A DNA stretch of 50,828 nucleotides, filler included, from Sphacelaria rigidula (Eukaryota), in NCBI GenBank assembly GCA_964200075.2. It is 3 parts of 3 records of this genome, joined end to end, with 100 filler letters (N's around TTAATTAATTAA, not from the genome) between each part and the next. Parts side by side here need not be neighbours in the genome. Positions count along the whole stretch, not along the records: positions 33,956 to 50,828 come from CAXNAA020001230.1; 2 more parts are not named here. One strand, given 5' to 3'. How positions within the stretch are numbered: the stretch's first letter is position 1; each line of letters opens with the position of its first letter. A program made the position numbers and the translations under genes. A model generated the notes under the pieces. It worked only from the letters and a program-made list of their open reading frames with translations. It was not told the origin of the DNA and searched no databases. Below, in pieces: positions 36,772 through 50,762 of the stretch.

Positions 36772-37343
36772 AACAACAGTGGCGGGGGCTGCATTCTCCT
36801 GTGCGTTTTCGGTTGGCACTGCGCCTAAAGAAGACACCCATGCAGGGAACACAAATTGAAAGTCAGTTTGCGAAGTTGTTCATGTAAGGTCCATATGTAC
36901 GCAGGTTCTTGTCTGCCTCCTGTACTCTAGTACTGCAGCCATGTCACATCAGTTTCGTGCTTACACTAGACGTGGACACCAATGTGAGCTACATGGATGT
37001 GCGACGGTAGCCAAATGAGGACTTGCGCCGACCCAGTGTCTCGACTGTGTGTGAAATGAAATCATTGGATTTTTCCTCGTCTTCCCGTCATAACATGCCA
37101 AAACAAGATTTTGATTACCGTGATCTCCACTGCACCGATCGCGGGCGGACTCGCCGAGTGTTACAAATGCGGCGCCGAATACAAGTCACTACGAGTACAA
37201 GTACACTCTTTGAACCATGACAAGCAGTGCTCGAACACCCAAACCATGGGCATTACTCTACACAAGAAAAAAACAAAACAAGTACACGTAGCAGTAACGT
37301 TATGTTCTCAAGAGTTTCCACCAACCACATAATTTTAGCTTTC

Positions 37344-40300
37344 CTACGGTTGTACTTTGATGGGGATTTTGGGTCGTGAGAACGACCCAGCCCCAGTCTT
37401 CTCCACCACCAACGAACCGTCACCAGTACTAGTATCTTCAGTCGCGGCTTGTCCTTCCATTAAGGCGTACTTAGAAGTGCAGTCCTGGGAAGAAAGAAAA
37501 AAAGACGAGTTCGAGGTTGGGATGGCTGTCAGTTATTCTCAGAACATCTACCGTGGTTCCGTGAATTGGCAAACCTTCCGCTTCGAAACGTGTCCAAACT
37601 AAATATAATGCTCGCTCGCACATGGGGATGATATACACATCAGATCGCGGGCAGTCAGTCGTCCAAGGCACAAATAAGCGACTCATAGAGATAGACGAGA
37701 TACCACGCACGTAAGCACGAAAAAAAACGATCGGGAAAACAAATCATCAGCACTGGCTTGTTCATCAAACCGGCACACGTGTGCTCCAACACAAGTTACC
37801 AACAACGGAATCGTAAATCACACCTTCCACGTTACCGTTTCCCTGACGAGCTCTTCCATGAGTGGCGCAACATCGGCCAACGGCATCCGAACCTGCACCA
37901 TGCTGTCGCGTTCGCGAAGCGTAACAGTGTCGTCTTCTAGGGTCTGGAAGTCGATCGTTATACCGAACGGTACCCCCAACTCGTCCATGCGCGCGTAGCG
38001 CCTGCCGATGGCGGCCCCACTCGAGTCCAGTTTAGCACTGAGAACACAGCGGCGACAGAGGCCATTGAGGGAGGGGGCAAAGATTTGTTGGCAGGGATTA
38101 TCTTTGAGAGCATTATGTGTGACACGCCTAGAGAGCAATACAGTGAGGCAACGAGTGCTTTCAGAAACAGTCGCCCTCATCATGTACCGTTTGTTTCCAA
38201 GTGGTGATGCTTTGCGGTGGATAAGGTGGGGGGGATCGTTTGTCTGTAAAATCGTGTCCCCCTGTCGCTTTTTGTGTGTGTTGTGTTATCATCCCATCTG
38301 TTCTAGACGCCATTCCACACCTTTCGGTATGTGTGGGTGCATCCGCCGGGGTTACACAGGGGTACCTGTAGCTTTGTAGCATCGAATATCCAACAAAAAA
38401 GAAATGTATACCCGTGATCCTGGCTCCGACATTAGTCGGCACTGAAAAATTTGTCGAAAGAATCGCAACACTCACTATCCAGACGTACCGCGGGTCAGAA
38501 TATTTCATTCAGACACAAGTGAGGTCCGATGAACAAGCACACAATCTGTGACGCCGAGTAAAACATGCGCTTGGTGTCAATCATGGCGATACGGTCTGCA
38601 AATCAGTAGACCTTGCGAAGTGTACGTAAACAATGGTTGGTACTCGATTTTACTTGAATTCAGACTGAAGAAAGTTCTGAGAAAATTTATGGTCTGGGGC
38701 AGGTGAGCAGTGGGGAGCAGAAGACCCAGCTCGTCTAGAACGTGTTTTCGTCCAAAATCGACTCAAAGGCGTCGATTTGAGCTCTGGCAACCCACACTTT
38801 GCCTGGGGAACACTTTGCACCTCCTTTACTCGAGGGTTCTCGGTATGCCTTGGTCGGGGTTAGGGTAAGCGTTAGCGTTAGGGTTGGCGGCATCTCCATA
38901 GTACCAACCATTCTTCACGTATATTTCCTCAGGTACCCTCCTGTAAATACTGAGGGTACGTTTCTTTCTGCAGCATACGGTCGAATCAGTCCAAAAATAA
39001 CTTTTCTGCCCGATCCTGGACAGACACCCTGTACACCAGCAGAGGCATCCCAAACAGGCATCTTGTCGCACAAACACAACAAGCCCACAACACTCACGCC
39101 GAAACAACACACTCCAACCCACTGTGCCTTTACGCTTTTGGAACCCTCCCCTCCTGTCCCCGGGCAAAACGCCTCATTATGAGAAGCCCTGAAAAAGAGG
39201 AAAAGATGGAAGCAGAAAAGGCCGACGGCAACCATTTTAAAATGGAAGACCGAAGAAGAATCTAGTAGCACACGCGGCGGGTGCAGGAAAAACGTTCTCC
39301 CCGGAGAGGTCGAGTGAGGTTTGTCGAATCATACCACGCAACGGATGGAGTGTGTCCAATCGTATCCATCGACAATTATCAGCAAAAACACTATGAAACA
39401 TTCCATTTAAAAAACAGCAATGGGTTCCAGGGTCTGGTACGGCACATCGGTAAATAGAAAACTTTATTTTCTTCCACTTGTCACTCGCACGGGTCTGAAA
39501 AAATGCGCATTGGGTGAATGCTATTGCATCTGAGCTGTAAACCATCAACCATGTCTTGCTCAAAAACCGTCAATCGCAAGATGATTAATTTTCCATTATG
39601 AGTTCCAAAAGGGTTAAAGCAGGTGTGCAAGATTCCTCATCAAGGTTGGTGCGTGTAATTGCCGAACAAGATCGCATGAACCGCGCTTTCAATGGTAGCC
39701 ACCACTACCACCACCACCACCACCACCACCACCGTGTTGACTGCCTGAAGCGATGCACGCCGCTTCTGGGCTGCCTCAGCGTGAGCGGTTACAGCTATCC
39801 CAAGCAGAGAGTATATCACCGCTTGCAGCGCATGTTCGCCAAGCAGGGTGCTGAGCACGACAGCTAGCAGCAGGTGCATGGCGTGGTACGCAAAACGATG
39901 AACTAGTGGGAATAGGTGGAACCGAAATGGAGAATAACCCCTGTATGCGGCGGGGTGCAGGACCACCAAGGATAAGAACCAGCAGAGCGTTCCTGAGCAG
40001 TGAAGTGATTTCCCCCACCGTATACCGACGGGTGTCTTGGCTGCGTCATACGCACCGTTTGGCACGTCCACTCCAAGACTGTGCAAGCATAACCCTTACA
40101 TGGAGCTACGTTTACACCCGCCAAGCAGGCGGCATCCTCGGCTGAGATATGCCCTCTCGACGCTTCGCCGGTTTATTCCTCGCATTACACGCTACGCATC
40201 GAAACTTGAGCAAACAAAGGATGAAAAATGTACGAGGCAACTGGCGGGTGCCCACAAAAATTACCCGCCCCACATTTTCACCTGATGTGCCGTGCCCCCA

Positions 40301-43300
40301 AGGCATCCATGGCGCGAGTGCAAGTGGGCGTGAACGAGCTCTGGGAACTGAGCGGAAGAACGGCGCACTTGATGGGAGCGACGAGCGGGCGGAAGGCCAT
40401 GACCCCCCTCTTCATCCCAGCTGCATCATCCGCCCCCTCCTCGGGCTCTCGGATGTAGAAGCTGTGCTCCAGCAGAGCATACAGGATGCGTCCCATTCCT
40501 GCGAGGTCGGCAGATACACCAAGCAGGAAACCCAACATTACTTTGTTTTGTTTTACGCGTGCGCGTGCCATGATTCATGATTCTAGAGTGGGGGTATATT
40601 TCGCCGGCTCTGTCTCCAATGGTAACGGCCGTGCTATCATAGGGTTAAACTATGGTAAGTGTGACGCACGCGCTCTTGAACGATTCCTGGAAGCTATGAA
40701 ACCGAACTATTCAACGGCTTTTCTTGCCGCTACAGGAGGTACCGCCCACACCACCACCCATTCTGGGACCAGCAGCGACAGCGACTTACCGAAGGACGGT
40801 TCGATGACGCTGGGAGTAAACTTGACCTCGGTCACCTTTTTAGATCCCTTCTCCCACGATGCCATCCCCTTAGCAATCTCGAACTTTTCCTCCCCCAGGG
40901 TGGCCATCCCTTCGGCCTCTAGCTTGGATTCGAAGGCCAGCAACGCTTCTTCGTTTTCTGCCAGAGCTTGAAGCGCTGCTACCACCTGTCGAACAAATAT
41001 GTCCAGGTAGTGTTGAGGTCTACGAGCCAGCCACGGCTCAAGGCTAGTGGTGCTAACTTGTGTCTGAAATACCGTCGGACTTGTGCGGATGCATGTGTAC
41101 CCGTCGGTGAACCCGGGTTGTACCATGACATGTGAAATGCAGAAAAGCTGCTATAACGACCCTCTTTGACATATTCCTTCGCCGATGCACCACTTGAACT
41201 CTTGAAAAAAGAAAAGCAAACAATATGCAGCAAGCAACAGCAATATCGTACCGCAAAAACAAACACAGTGGTTCATCGACCAAGTAAGGAACTCCAATTA
41301 TTTCACCCAGTCTAGCACAATCGATTGCGCTCAATATCAACTTCCACGCTCGACCTGCGCTACCGTCATGACTGGAGCGGCTGACCTTTTTTTGCTCGGC
41401 CTTGAACTTGGAGCCCAGCGCCTTCCTGTCAAGCTGCAGCTTGTACGCTGTTACTGTCTTGGGCTCGTCAAGCTTACACGACGCTACCATCGCAGTGCCG
41501 GTTTTCTTTGAGTGCATCTCCAAATCGTAGCATGACCTACACAGCATACACAGTGCGAGGACATCAGAGGGCACTTACTCATCAGAACGGTTGCAAGGTA
41601 CCCGTAATATTGAACCACGCCAGAAACAACGCTCCTGGATCGACGACGGATCGGTTCATAGCCTACTTGCCTGATCATGAACGTGTTCGACGGCTAGTGT
41701 AATGCTGGCCACATTCCAGTGCATTAAGTTGATATATAGCGCCCGGGTTGGTAATTTCAAATACGGCTGCATCTAGCGAGCACATAGCCACGCCGTTTGG
41801 ACTACACGGCAGCTTCTGACAGTGAACGCATACCTGACTGCTGCAACGCCAGCTGCTCAGATGTGATGAGACTTTCACAGGATGTGAACACTTGCACAAG
41901 GCAAACTAGAAAAAAAAAAAAAACGACGTTCAAGCAAAATATGGTCCGCACCTATCCGCGTGTCCAACGCACTCCTTCCAGCCGTAAGACACTTGAATCT
42001 CCAGGTCCCAGCAGTCCGCGGCGTAGTGCGCCATTTCCGTGGATAAGTGCTGCCGGAATCGCATCCTCTCGGGATTCATCCCGATCTGTGTTAGACATTC
42101 GAAGTTGTATTTTCGGGATTGGTTGATGAATTGATTGTCCTACATGAACTGATACCCGCAGGTCATGTGGCCATGTGTTTGCAGTCAGTTGTGGTCATTG
42201 GATACAGGATGAACGTACCCAAAGTATACAGAAGGTAAAACGAAACAGAAACGGTCGCTATAATGGAGAAAAAAAAAAGTGAAAAATAATGAAAACCAAA
42301 GAAAAAGAAAAGCTTGCGGCCGTCGGTAGAATTTCGCGGACATGAGAGATCACGCAAAGTTGACCGCACCATGCTGTAGCGATCCTATTTGTCCACGCGG
42401 GGCAATATTACAAACAAGACTGCGAGGCAGAGGTGAAGAGAAAGCGCACAGCTCCGACTTTGGGATCTGGGGTGAAAACACCTGCATCTTGGGAGTTCGC
42501 TCAAGCAGAGACACACAAATACACACGCTGCGGACACTGCTCTCCCATGCGATACCGCATGAGACAGTCGACAGGCTCACCAGTTCCATGAAGAGCTGCG
42601 TGCGGGCCATGAAGTACCCGAGGGTTTCGTTCTCCACCAGCCCGTCCTTCACGGCCTGACCAATGGTGAGCTTGCACGTCTTTCCGGTTCCCAGTTGGTC
42701 ATCCTGACGAGTGTCCATGTCAAAAGAATCGCCCCACAGGAGAATGGCAGCACGGATACATTGCACGTAGGAGAAGGCAAATCAATGGCAAGTGAGAAAG
42801 GGCAAGTGATTTACCACCAGGCGAAGCCGATTGGCGAGTAACAAGAAAATCAAAGAACTGCAACACTGCACGTGCGGTGAAAGGGAGGAGGGTAACGGGC
42901 GTGCTGCACCGTGTACTGTAGCTGGTGAATTTCGCCACTTGTAAGTCATCTCATCGAGGCGGACCGTGCTTGCATTGACCTTGTTGCATGACTCCTAAAC
43001 ACTCGTGGTTGAATTGGTGAACCTCTGGGACAACGGCGACAGTACTTATACCTTGACGGTACTAATACTTGATATCGTCCTGGTCGCCTGAAATATTTCT
43101 TGCTCAGAAGGGTTTCTTCGCGAATACTCTTCGACAGAACTCGAAAGTGCTTGCGTCGGTAGATTTTGGTAAAGTGGACAGATCGACTTCCCCCCCAAGG
43201 CCCGAGCTAGTGTTAGTTTGTTTTATCGGACGATACGAGTAGATACCCCGTTTATCAGGAGGATGTTATTGACCGTGAAACACAGTTTTTCGGCTCTAGT

Positions 43301-46300
43301 GCACTAGTTCGGTACAAGAAAAACAAAAAACTGTACATTTCTTCACAATTACAATCGGGACAGATTCGATTGACCGAAAATACCTGAGCGTAAGAATCTG
43401 GGCTGTAACTTGTCAGGACCCCTAATGACTGGTCAGCCCGTAAGTCACTCAGTATTGAGTACGGATGATTTTTTTCTTCTTGGAATGTGGACCGGTGGTG
43501 AGCGAAAGAGCCGAAGAAAATCGACAAATGACGAATAAATCATAAATTGAATAGTTCAGGCGCCCAGTACTGCAGTGCCGCCACATTGTTGTGTTTTGCA
43601 CTCACCCTTCCGAACAGGATGAGCTCCTTGTCAGCTACAGAAGCGAACTTGGCGTGCTTCTTGTCCTTCGGGTCGACGAAGTGCTCGATCTGCCGGCCGA
43701 AACACCCATGCCGGGGATCGACAGCGAGAGCAACAGGCAAGCGCAGATAACGGCAAACAGACAAGCAGATAGAAACGAGTCAGTGAGAGGTGGGTGGCCC
43801 AGTGGCTGTACAACACCCCTCCACAACCCATCATGACGGTTAATCCCGCGCAGTCGGGGCACGTCATCATTACTTTGTCGGCTATAGGATGTTCATTTTT
43901 GGGACAAAGGTGATGGACCCTTGACGGACACTTGAGGGAATTTTGCCCTTCTGTGTGGCGGTATCCTCATGAAGTCCCCCCTTCATGAGCTTCGTGCGTC
44001 TTAGACGATAGGAGATAGTAGAGGTAACCCTTTTTGGACGATCAGCGATTATGAGCAAATATTGTGCACCCTCGTTCACGCGTGTGGGTTGACGTATCAA
44101 CAATATCTGTATATTACGTTACTGTGAATTTGTGAAGTCTGCTCGCCAGGAACCCACCAGGTTACTGATACCCCACCAGTTGTCGACCCTGTGCTGCCCG
44201 CTCAAGTTCGAGCAGATGTTCTCTTGACGCGTCGGGCTCGGGGTTCGAACCCCTGGACCTTTTGCTCATGAAGCAGACCGAATCATCTCTCGTGGTGTCG
44301 CCAATGTGAACAGCAGATAAGCCCTCGACGGAAAGTTGTGGGAATCCTCCCCTTCTCTTCCCTCATTTATGTGATGATGTCCACACATTATGGAAAGGAA
44401 TATAGTAGTCAAACTTGAAACTTGGCAACTTGGATTGAAACTGATTTTTTTCGCAGGTTTTTCTGTTACCACGACTCAACACGGTTTCTGTTTGATGCCA
44501 AAATGTGATAATCGAGAGACATGAGTACCCGACACAAGTTCCGAGAAAAAATAAACTTTGTACGACCAATCTTGAACGAGATGCGGGCTCACCGGTCATT
44601 GAGGGCCCTACGAGAGCACACCTTCCGATTCTCGCTCTGTGATATTTTCGCTCTAACGATCCGATCCGGATCGCTACAATGAGCAATTTAATACCTTCAG
44701 CGTTTCTATTCTTCTAACACTTATTGCACTACAGCCGAACAACCGTGTTTTTCGGTTATATGCGGTCAACAACACTCCCCCGATCAACGGGGTTTTACTC
44801 CATCTTGTTCTGCTAACACAAAATTGTAAATCGTGTCCCGAGCACGACCTGCTTCTCCTTCGCAACGCCTACCGACTCTCCAACTCTCGACTGTAGGTGA
44901 CAAATCGTCTGTGAAAAAAATTCGATTGAGTGAAAACTAACCCAACGTTTGACAACTGTTAGGGATGCTAATCGTTCTAGAAACAGGTAGAGAAGAAAAA
45001 TCGTGGAAAAGGTTTCCCGGCTCTCGCTGGTAATAAAATTGAGCTACCAATGGTCAAATAGCATGACCAGCAAACAATTGCTTGGTGTGTTCGAAAAGTA
45101 CGATCACTACAGTAGTGGGCGGTCTAACTATTTAGGGGTGTTTGGGGCATTTCCTCGCGTACTACTCTTCGATAGAACTCGAAATTGCTAACGTCGGTAG
45201 ATTTTGGTACAATAAACAGATCATCTTCGAAATACAGTGCCCAAGTCAGTGTCATTTGACGTTATCGGGCGAAACGAGTAAATACTCCGTTTATCAGGAG
45301 GATGTAATTGACAGTGAAACACAGTTTCTCGGTCCTAGTACTCTGGGTAAGTAGAATTTCTAATAACTAAAACTGTACATTTGTTCACAAATATGATCGG
45401 GACAGGCTCGATCGACCGAAAATCTAGAAGAGTGAGAATCTGGGCTGAAACGTGGCAGGACCCCCGATGACCGGTCAGCCCGTCAGTCACCCAATATTGA
45501 GTACAGATGATCTATTTTTCTTGAAATGTGGAGCGGATACAAATATCTTCAGATCCCCGATGTGATAAGCGGTGGCGAGCGGAAAGAGCCCGAAAAAACC
45601 ACCAATTACGGAAAAATCACAAAATGCGACAAGATGAATAGTTAGACCGCCCACTACAGTATGTTATGTTGCCTCCAGGGCGCTTATTCTACACTCACTC
45701 GCGCGCACGTTTTGTCACGAGCCACGCTCTCTACTACCCATGGTTTGACAACTTGCCTCCGCCATGCAGAACTCTCGGACGCGCAGAAGCCCCTCGCGCG
45801 GTGAGATCTCGTTGCGGAATCCGAGGCCCACCTGTTGAAGCAGGGACAGCACGACGTGGCAATCGACATCCACGGGGATTACAGCACAGCGGACGACGGT
45901 GTCCACGCATATTTTGCGCAGACACAAAATATTCTCCTTCACATTTTTGCCACGATGAACTTGAATTTCCGTGGTAATTGTAGCGAGACGACTAAGAAAA
46001 CAAGTAAGCGTAAAAAGTCGAAAGACAACATGCCATGCAGCATTTCGCTGTGGTGGGCCCCGCCAATACTCGCCCCCGAATGGTTGAGGACTCGACATGA
46101 TCACTGAGGACTAGGCGCCGCCACGTCCCTGTGGTGAAAGTGATGAGAGAATAGCAAATGCCGGTTAGGGACAACGGTTACGGGACTGAAAACCAACAGA
46201 TGAGGACTCTTTGGGCAATATCTCTTTTCCGACGTTCACAGCGTGCAATCACGAGTAACAGATGAAATTCCACGATAGTCGACGAGGTACAGATGGCCAT

Positions 46301-49300
46301 GATCCAATCATCAACGACACGACCCATGGCAGGTACATAGTAAATGAGTTCATCCCTTGAGACAACGAACGCATCCCGAGAAAGGGTAATGGTTGGCATT
46401 CACGTTTTGACGGAACAAAGATAACAATGACGAAAAGTAACCCCGTACGGAGCTGGCTCTGCCGTTACCCCAGCGGTTCGTACCTGAGCGGCAGCAAACG
46501 GCATCTTCTGCGCGTTGTAATCCAAAAGGCGGCGGAAGTTGACAAACAGACCCTGTGCAGTTTCGGGCCGGAAGAAGCCCACGTGCGTGCCCTCTGGTCC
46601 GATGGTGGTCTGTAGTGGTGGCACAGGTGAGGCAGATTGAAGGATCGATGGGCGACGGTAGGAGTTTGAGACGTGTGTACGTCCCGTGTGGGCGGTACGC
46701 GCCTACATGAACACATGGAAATGGCCGTGCGTTAAACTTAAGGCTTTTGATTAATGATTGGACTGACTTTTTTCATCAACTGCTGGCCGTAGCAAGGAAC
46801 AAAATAACACGACTGCCATCACAAGTGCCCCACGCGTTACACAGGCGAAGGTAAGTTCGAGCGCGTTCGGGCATCAGGTTCCAACACGCCCCACGTAGGA
46901 GGCACGAAGCTTGCCGCTGCAAAATACGAAAACCGAGACACAACGCCCTTTCACGCACTTTGAACATGAGGTTAAAAGGGAACGGCTTGGTGATGGGGTT
47001 TCCGGCAGGCGACTTTGCGTCGTATTTCTCCAGGACGTCACCGAGTTCTTCCGGGCTGTATGCGTCCGCCTGCCGTTGCACTCGAAGGTGACTTTCACGT
47101 TCTTCCTGGAGGCAAGATGAGCAGAGACATTGCGAAGAGACAGGGGGCCGGCGGAACAGTCAGGAGCTTCCGGCTGTCTCATGACCTTTTCATTTTGTTC
47201 CGTCAGCCAAGTGGACAGGTCTGTGCGCCCATTCCAGCTTGATGAGATCAAATTACCACAGCGGGTTTTTCCCATGGCGCCGACAGACGATGAAGCCTGT
47301 CGCCGTTGGGATTGAAGTGTTCGTTCGACCTTCATCAACCAGTTGGAAGTCATGGGATATCTCTGTCACCTTCGGCATGGTCGGGTTGTCCGCGATGAGC
47401 TTGTCGATCAGACCCTCGAGTAGGTGGTCTGCCCTCGTTGGTACTCCCGTCACGGTGTCCTTCACCATGAGGTCAGTAAACTTATCCACATGTCCTGACA
47501 CGGCGACCGCACGATGGAGGCAGTGGACGAAAGCAGCGGGAAGACACGGTGTCTTGGGCATGTGCGGTCCAAGCGCGTTGGCACGTTTGTGCTAAATCTC
47601 TTGTCCACGGACGACCTTTCGACCGCACTCTTTGTCAACAAACGGTATCACCGTGCTCAACTTGCTTGGTTGTGGGGAAAATAATCTCAAGACTACAAGC
47701 TGCATCGATGCACAGTGTACGGCATCGCGTCGCTCACCCGAAGTCTCCAGGACGACCTTCGGTGTCAGGTTGGTGCACTCCATCTCCAGCATACCCTCGG
47801 CAAGGACAAAGTGTCTCTTCCAGAGGGCCGTAATGTTAGACTTGAGACCACACCCAGGCGGTCCGTAGTCGTACAGCCCCTTGACCCCGCCGTGAATTTC
47901 GAATGAAGGTACTACGAACATCCTCCGGATCACGAGGTCATCCATGGCTTTAGGATAACGGAAACACGGATGAAAGGTCACGGGCGGCGAGAGAGAGAGA
48001 GATATTTTGACGTGGAAGGCCGTAGTTGGCGGTGAGGAGGGACGTATACGTTTTGGGTGTTTCGCTGCACTTGCTTGGTTGGAGGACGACATGCTACAGA
48101 GAGTATCGGCGTCGAGCTCGAAACAACCTGGCAGTGACTCTGGTAGTGTCCTCATCACGTCTCTTCGGACTTTTTGCTACACAGGGGTGATCGTCTAAAC
48201 GTGCAGGATTGAGAACACACTCATGGCGTTTTCAGAAGAGTTAGCAGCTTGTCGTTGTTGTTGTTGTCTTCAAATTAAAAACCGTTCCGATATCTGCGTG
48301 GTACATTCGTGCTGGGCATCTGATGCGGACGCCTTCCGTAGCTGCAGTGAAGTATGACTCTGTACCATCGCACCTTGACAGTCGAAGGTGTCATCTGATT
48401 TCGCGGAGGCTTGGGCCGCCGCCAGTGCTCCCTTCAACGCCAGGAGCTTCTCTACCTCCGCATTCAATGCCTCGCTGGTCGCACCGTCCTGCCCAACAAA
48501 CCCATTTGACACCCCGGACAAAACGTGTAGGCACACCAATGGTTACATCAACAACGTAGCGATGAGAGGGCCCCAGAAGAGCGAAGAAACGTGGTCCGTT
48601 TGACCGCGAGGCCGCCTCAAAAAGACGGATACAAGCGACTAGAAAAACTAGGGTCAAATCGCCATGACATAGCACGCCCATTTATGCCAACCGGGATATT
48701 GGAGCACATGTGTAGTATCTAGAGCATGAAAACCGCCCAGCCGTTTATGGACCGAGCCAATTTCTGCCTGTACACCACGCAACCTCCCCCTGTGTCTTTG
48801 AATCATCTGCAATTAGCACTTTCACTGCGTGCAATTTCTTGGCAAGTAGCTTATGCAAGTGACGGGCGGACTTCGCGAACATCAGCCCCTCTGTTGCGCG
48901 ATTGCATAGCCTGCTGGATGCTAGGATGTGGTATAAATGGCCCGACTGAGAGACAGTCCACATGAATTCAGTTGAACTGGAGCATACCCCGCCCCGCCCC
49001 GTCCCGCTATCAACGCACGCTCCTTGTTACACCTGCAGGACGGTCAGCAGGTATGCTATTTCAAGAAGGGGCTAGTCCAAGTGTTAAGCTTCACAGACAA
49101 ACGTGTCAAAAACGAGGTGCTGATCAACCCTTTTGGAACCGTTGACGGGAAACGTGACGATTCACAGTTGACGTTTTGGGGGCCAGATATGGCTGTTTTT
49201 CTGCAATTGTTGATTATCCGGCCCATCAAAACGGTGCACCATTCTCATTTCAAGTGTGCTAACGTGACAGATCCGTGCCCCGAACTCCGAGTAACCTTTT

Positions 49301-49763
49301 CCCGGTGACGAAGGCTCGCATATGGGAGTTTTTGAATCGTCACTTTTCCGTGAACGATCCCAGAAGAGTTGGACGTCAAAAGCCGCACAGGTGACGTGCA
49401 AGAATGTAAAAAGCATGCGGGGACGCACAAGAGCCCCGGGTCAATGTGTCCGTCAGGCAGTGTAACAAATCCAGAACAGAGGGAAGCAACGTCAACCGGC
49501 GTGTCAACCAGCTGTATGTTGGCGCTGCAAACATGCCCATCGTACTCAGTCTTCCAATTGTACATTTTGCGCAAGACCACCAACCCGCAAGCTATGGTGA
49601 GAACTTGAAGTCGAAAAGTCTCGTACCTGCCGAAACAAGCGCGCATTCTTCTTCATCATACCTTCTTCATTTGCTTGACGAGCGACCCCTGCTTGGTTAC
49701 AGCCGCGGCCAGTGCATCAGCGTCCAATTCTCCCGCCGCCGGGGCTTCCGCGACAGGCAGGGC
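37344..49763 (-). CDS. GARS1: Glycyl-tRNA synthetase (homodimeric eukaryotic type, class II) with N-terminal WHEP-TRS domain; 15 exons, 5' end not located
   Basis: Exons read by hand, 5'->3' on minus: 49763-49662, 48488-48374, 47947-47738, 47494-47370, 47105-46959, 46609-46484, 45831-45757, 43689-43606, 42703-42581, 42085-41952, 41536-41386, 40985-40790, 40498-40282, 38037-37824, 37484-37344. Total 2160 nt in one frame ending TAG; all introns GT-AG except one GC-AG. Motifs: WHEP ([25 protein letters not shown]), [94 protein letters not shown], anticodon-binding [15 protein letters not shown]. Confidence 0.96.
38829..38943. mobile_element. Small TIR element with internal TTAGGG-like repeats
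   Basis: Imperfect TIR CTCGAGGGT/ACCCTCCTG, TA on both flanks, GGGGTTAGGGTAAGCGTTAGCGTTAGGGTT inside. Confidence 0.5.
39700..39733. repeat. (CAC)n microsatellite in a GlyRS intron
   Basis: Directly visible. Confidence 0.85.
43075..43572. mobile_element. Diverged copy of the same MITE family in the adjacent GlyRS intron
   Basis: Internal sequence colinear with 45160-45640 (e.g. CCGTTTATCAGGAGGATG, GAATCTGGGCTG); degenerate TIRs. Confidence 0.8.
45110..45659. mobile_element. Tc1/mariner-type MITE in a GlyRS intron
   Basis: TIR CAGTAGTGGGCGGTCTAACTATT (one mismatch at the right end), TA on both flanks, no coding capacity. Confidence 0.85.
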
Positions 49764-50762
49764 CTGTTCATCCAACAACGACAGAAACGGGAAGTAAACC
49801 AAGACGTGAAGCTTTGAAGCTTGAAGACGCAAGGCTGAACACGCAAGGCTGAACACGCAAGGCTGCGCTCAATTCGCCGATAATATGTGCTTCACTGAAT
49901 TGGACCATAACTTGGAACCCTACAGTCAAATTTGTCTGAATGGGGGCCGTGGGAGGCATGCTCAAAAGTCGTCAGTGGTTCATACACCCTGTAAATGCGG
50001 GAACAATTTTGCCTGAAACAATGAGAGGCTTGCTAACTCTTTTAACGCGACTCCCACTCAGGTCATCTCAAACCGTGAGGAAATTGGGAATTCGGAACCA
50101 CTGTCAAAGTGATACAGCACGCCTACTTACACGAACAAGTGGAAATTCCTGCATGAAATTGATGTTGAAAAATTGTATGGAAACAAGTGCAGGAGAACCG
50201 TTGGCTGGCTCTCAGCCGTCAAGTGCACATACGCCTTCGCCTAGACATGATCATGGGGCACATGCTTCATGGTTTGCTAGTGGTGTACGCTGGCCGCCAC
50301 CACTGCTGTGATCTCCGCAAATAACATACATCTTGCCCATGCTTTTGCAGTCTCGGTACTTCCGATTATTGGGGCAGTGCTAACCTATTTTCTCAACTGT
50401 ACTCTGTTATTTGCACTGCTGATGCTCCACGATGCAAGCGTACAGTTTTCTTCATCAGCGGCTCAATACAACATGACAAAATAATCAGTTTGCCATCGCT
50501 TCTCACTGCACCGCCTTACTGTACGCCGTCGCTATCTATTCCCCGTGTTCTACAACGAAAGTACAATGCGCGGCTATCGTGACTGTACGAGAGGAGACAG
50601 GTAGGTTGCGAAGACTGTGCACAAAGTAAAACAATCTTCGTGATTCAATGGTGGGGGGGTCAATGCACGAACGGTTAAATCTAACTTGAACGCCAAGTGG
50701 CAGAATAACTTGTTCCACCCGTACGGGCCCACATGATTGGTGGACCCGTGCTACTCTTAATT

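Noticed and set aside
37818..37823. GlyRS stop at TWKV*
   Set aside because: AAG|GTGTGA is better read as a donor; exon 37484-37344 supplies the expected [12 protein letters not shown] ending.
28872..49763. GlyRS and RNF213-like as a linked locus or fusion
   Set aside because: They are separated by an artificial linker, and GlyRS has its own stop at 37344.
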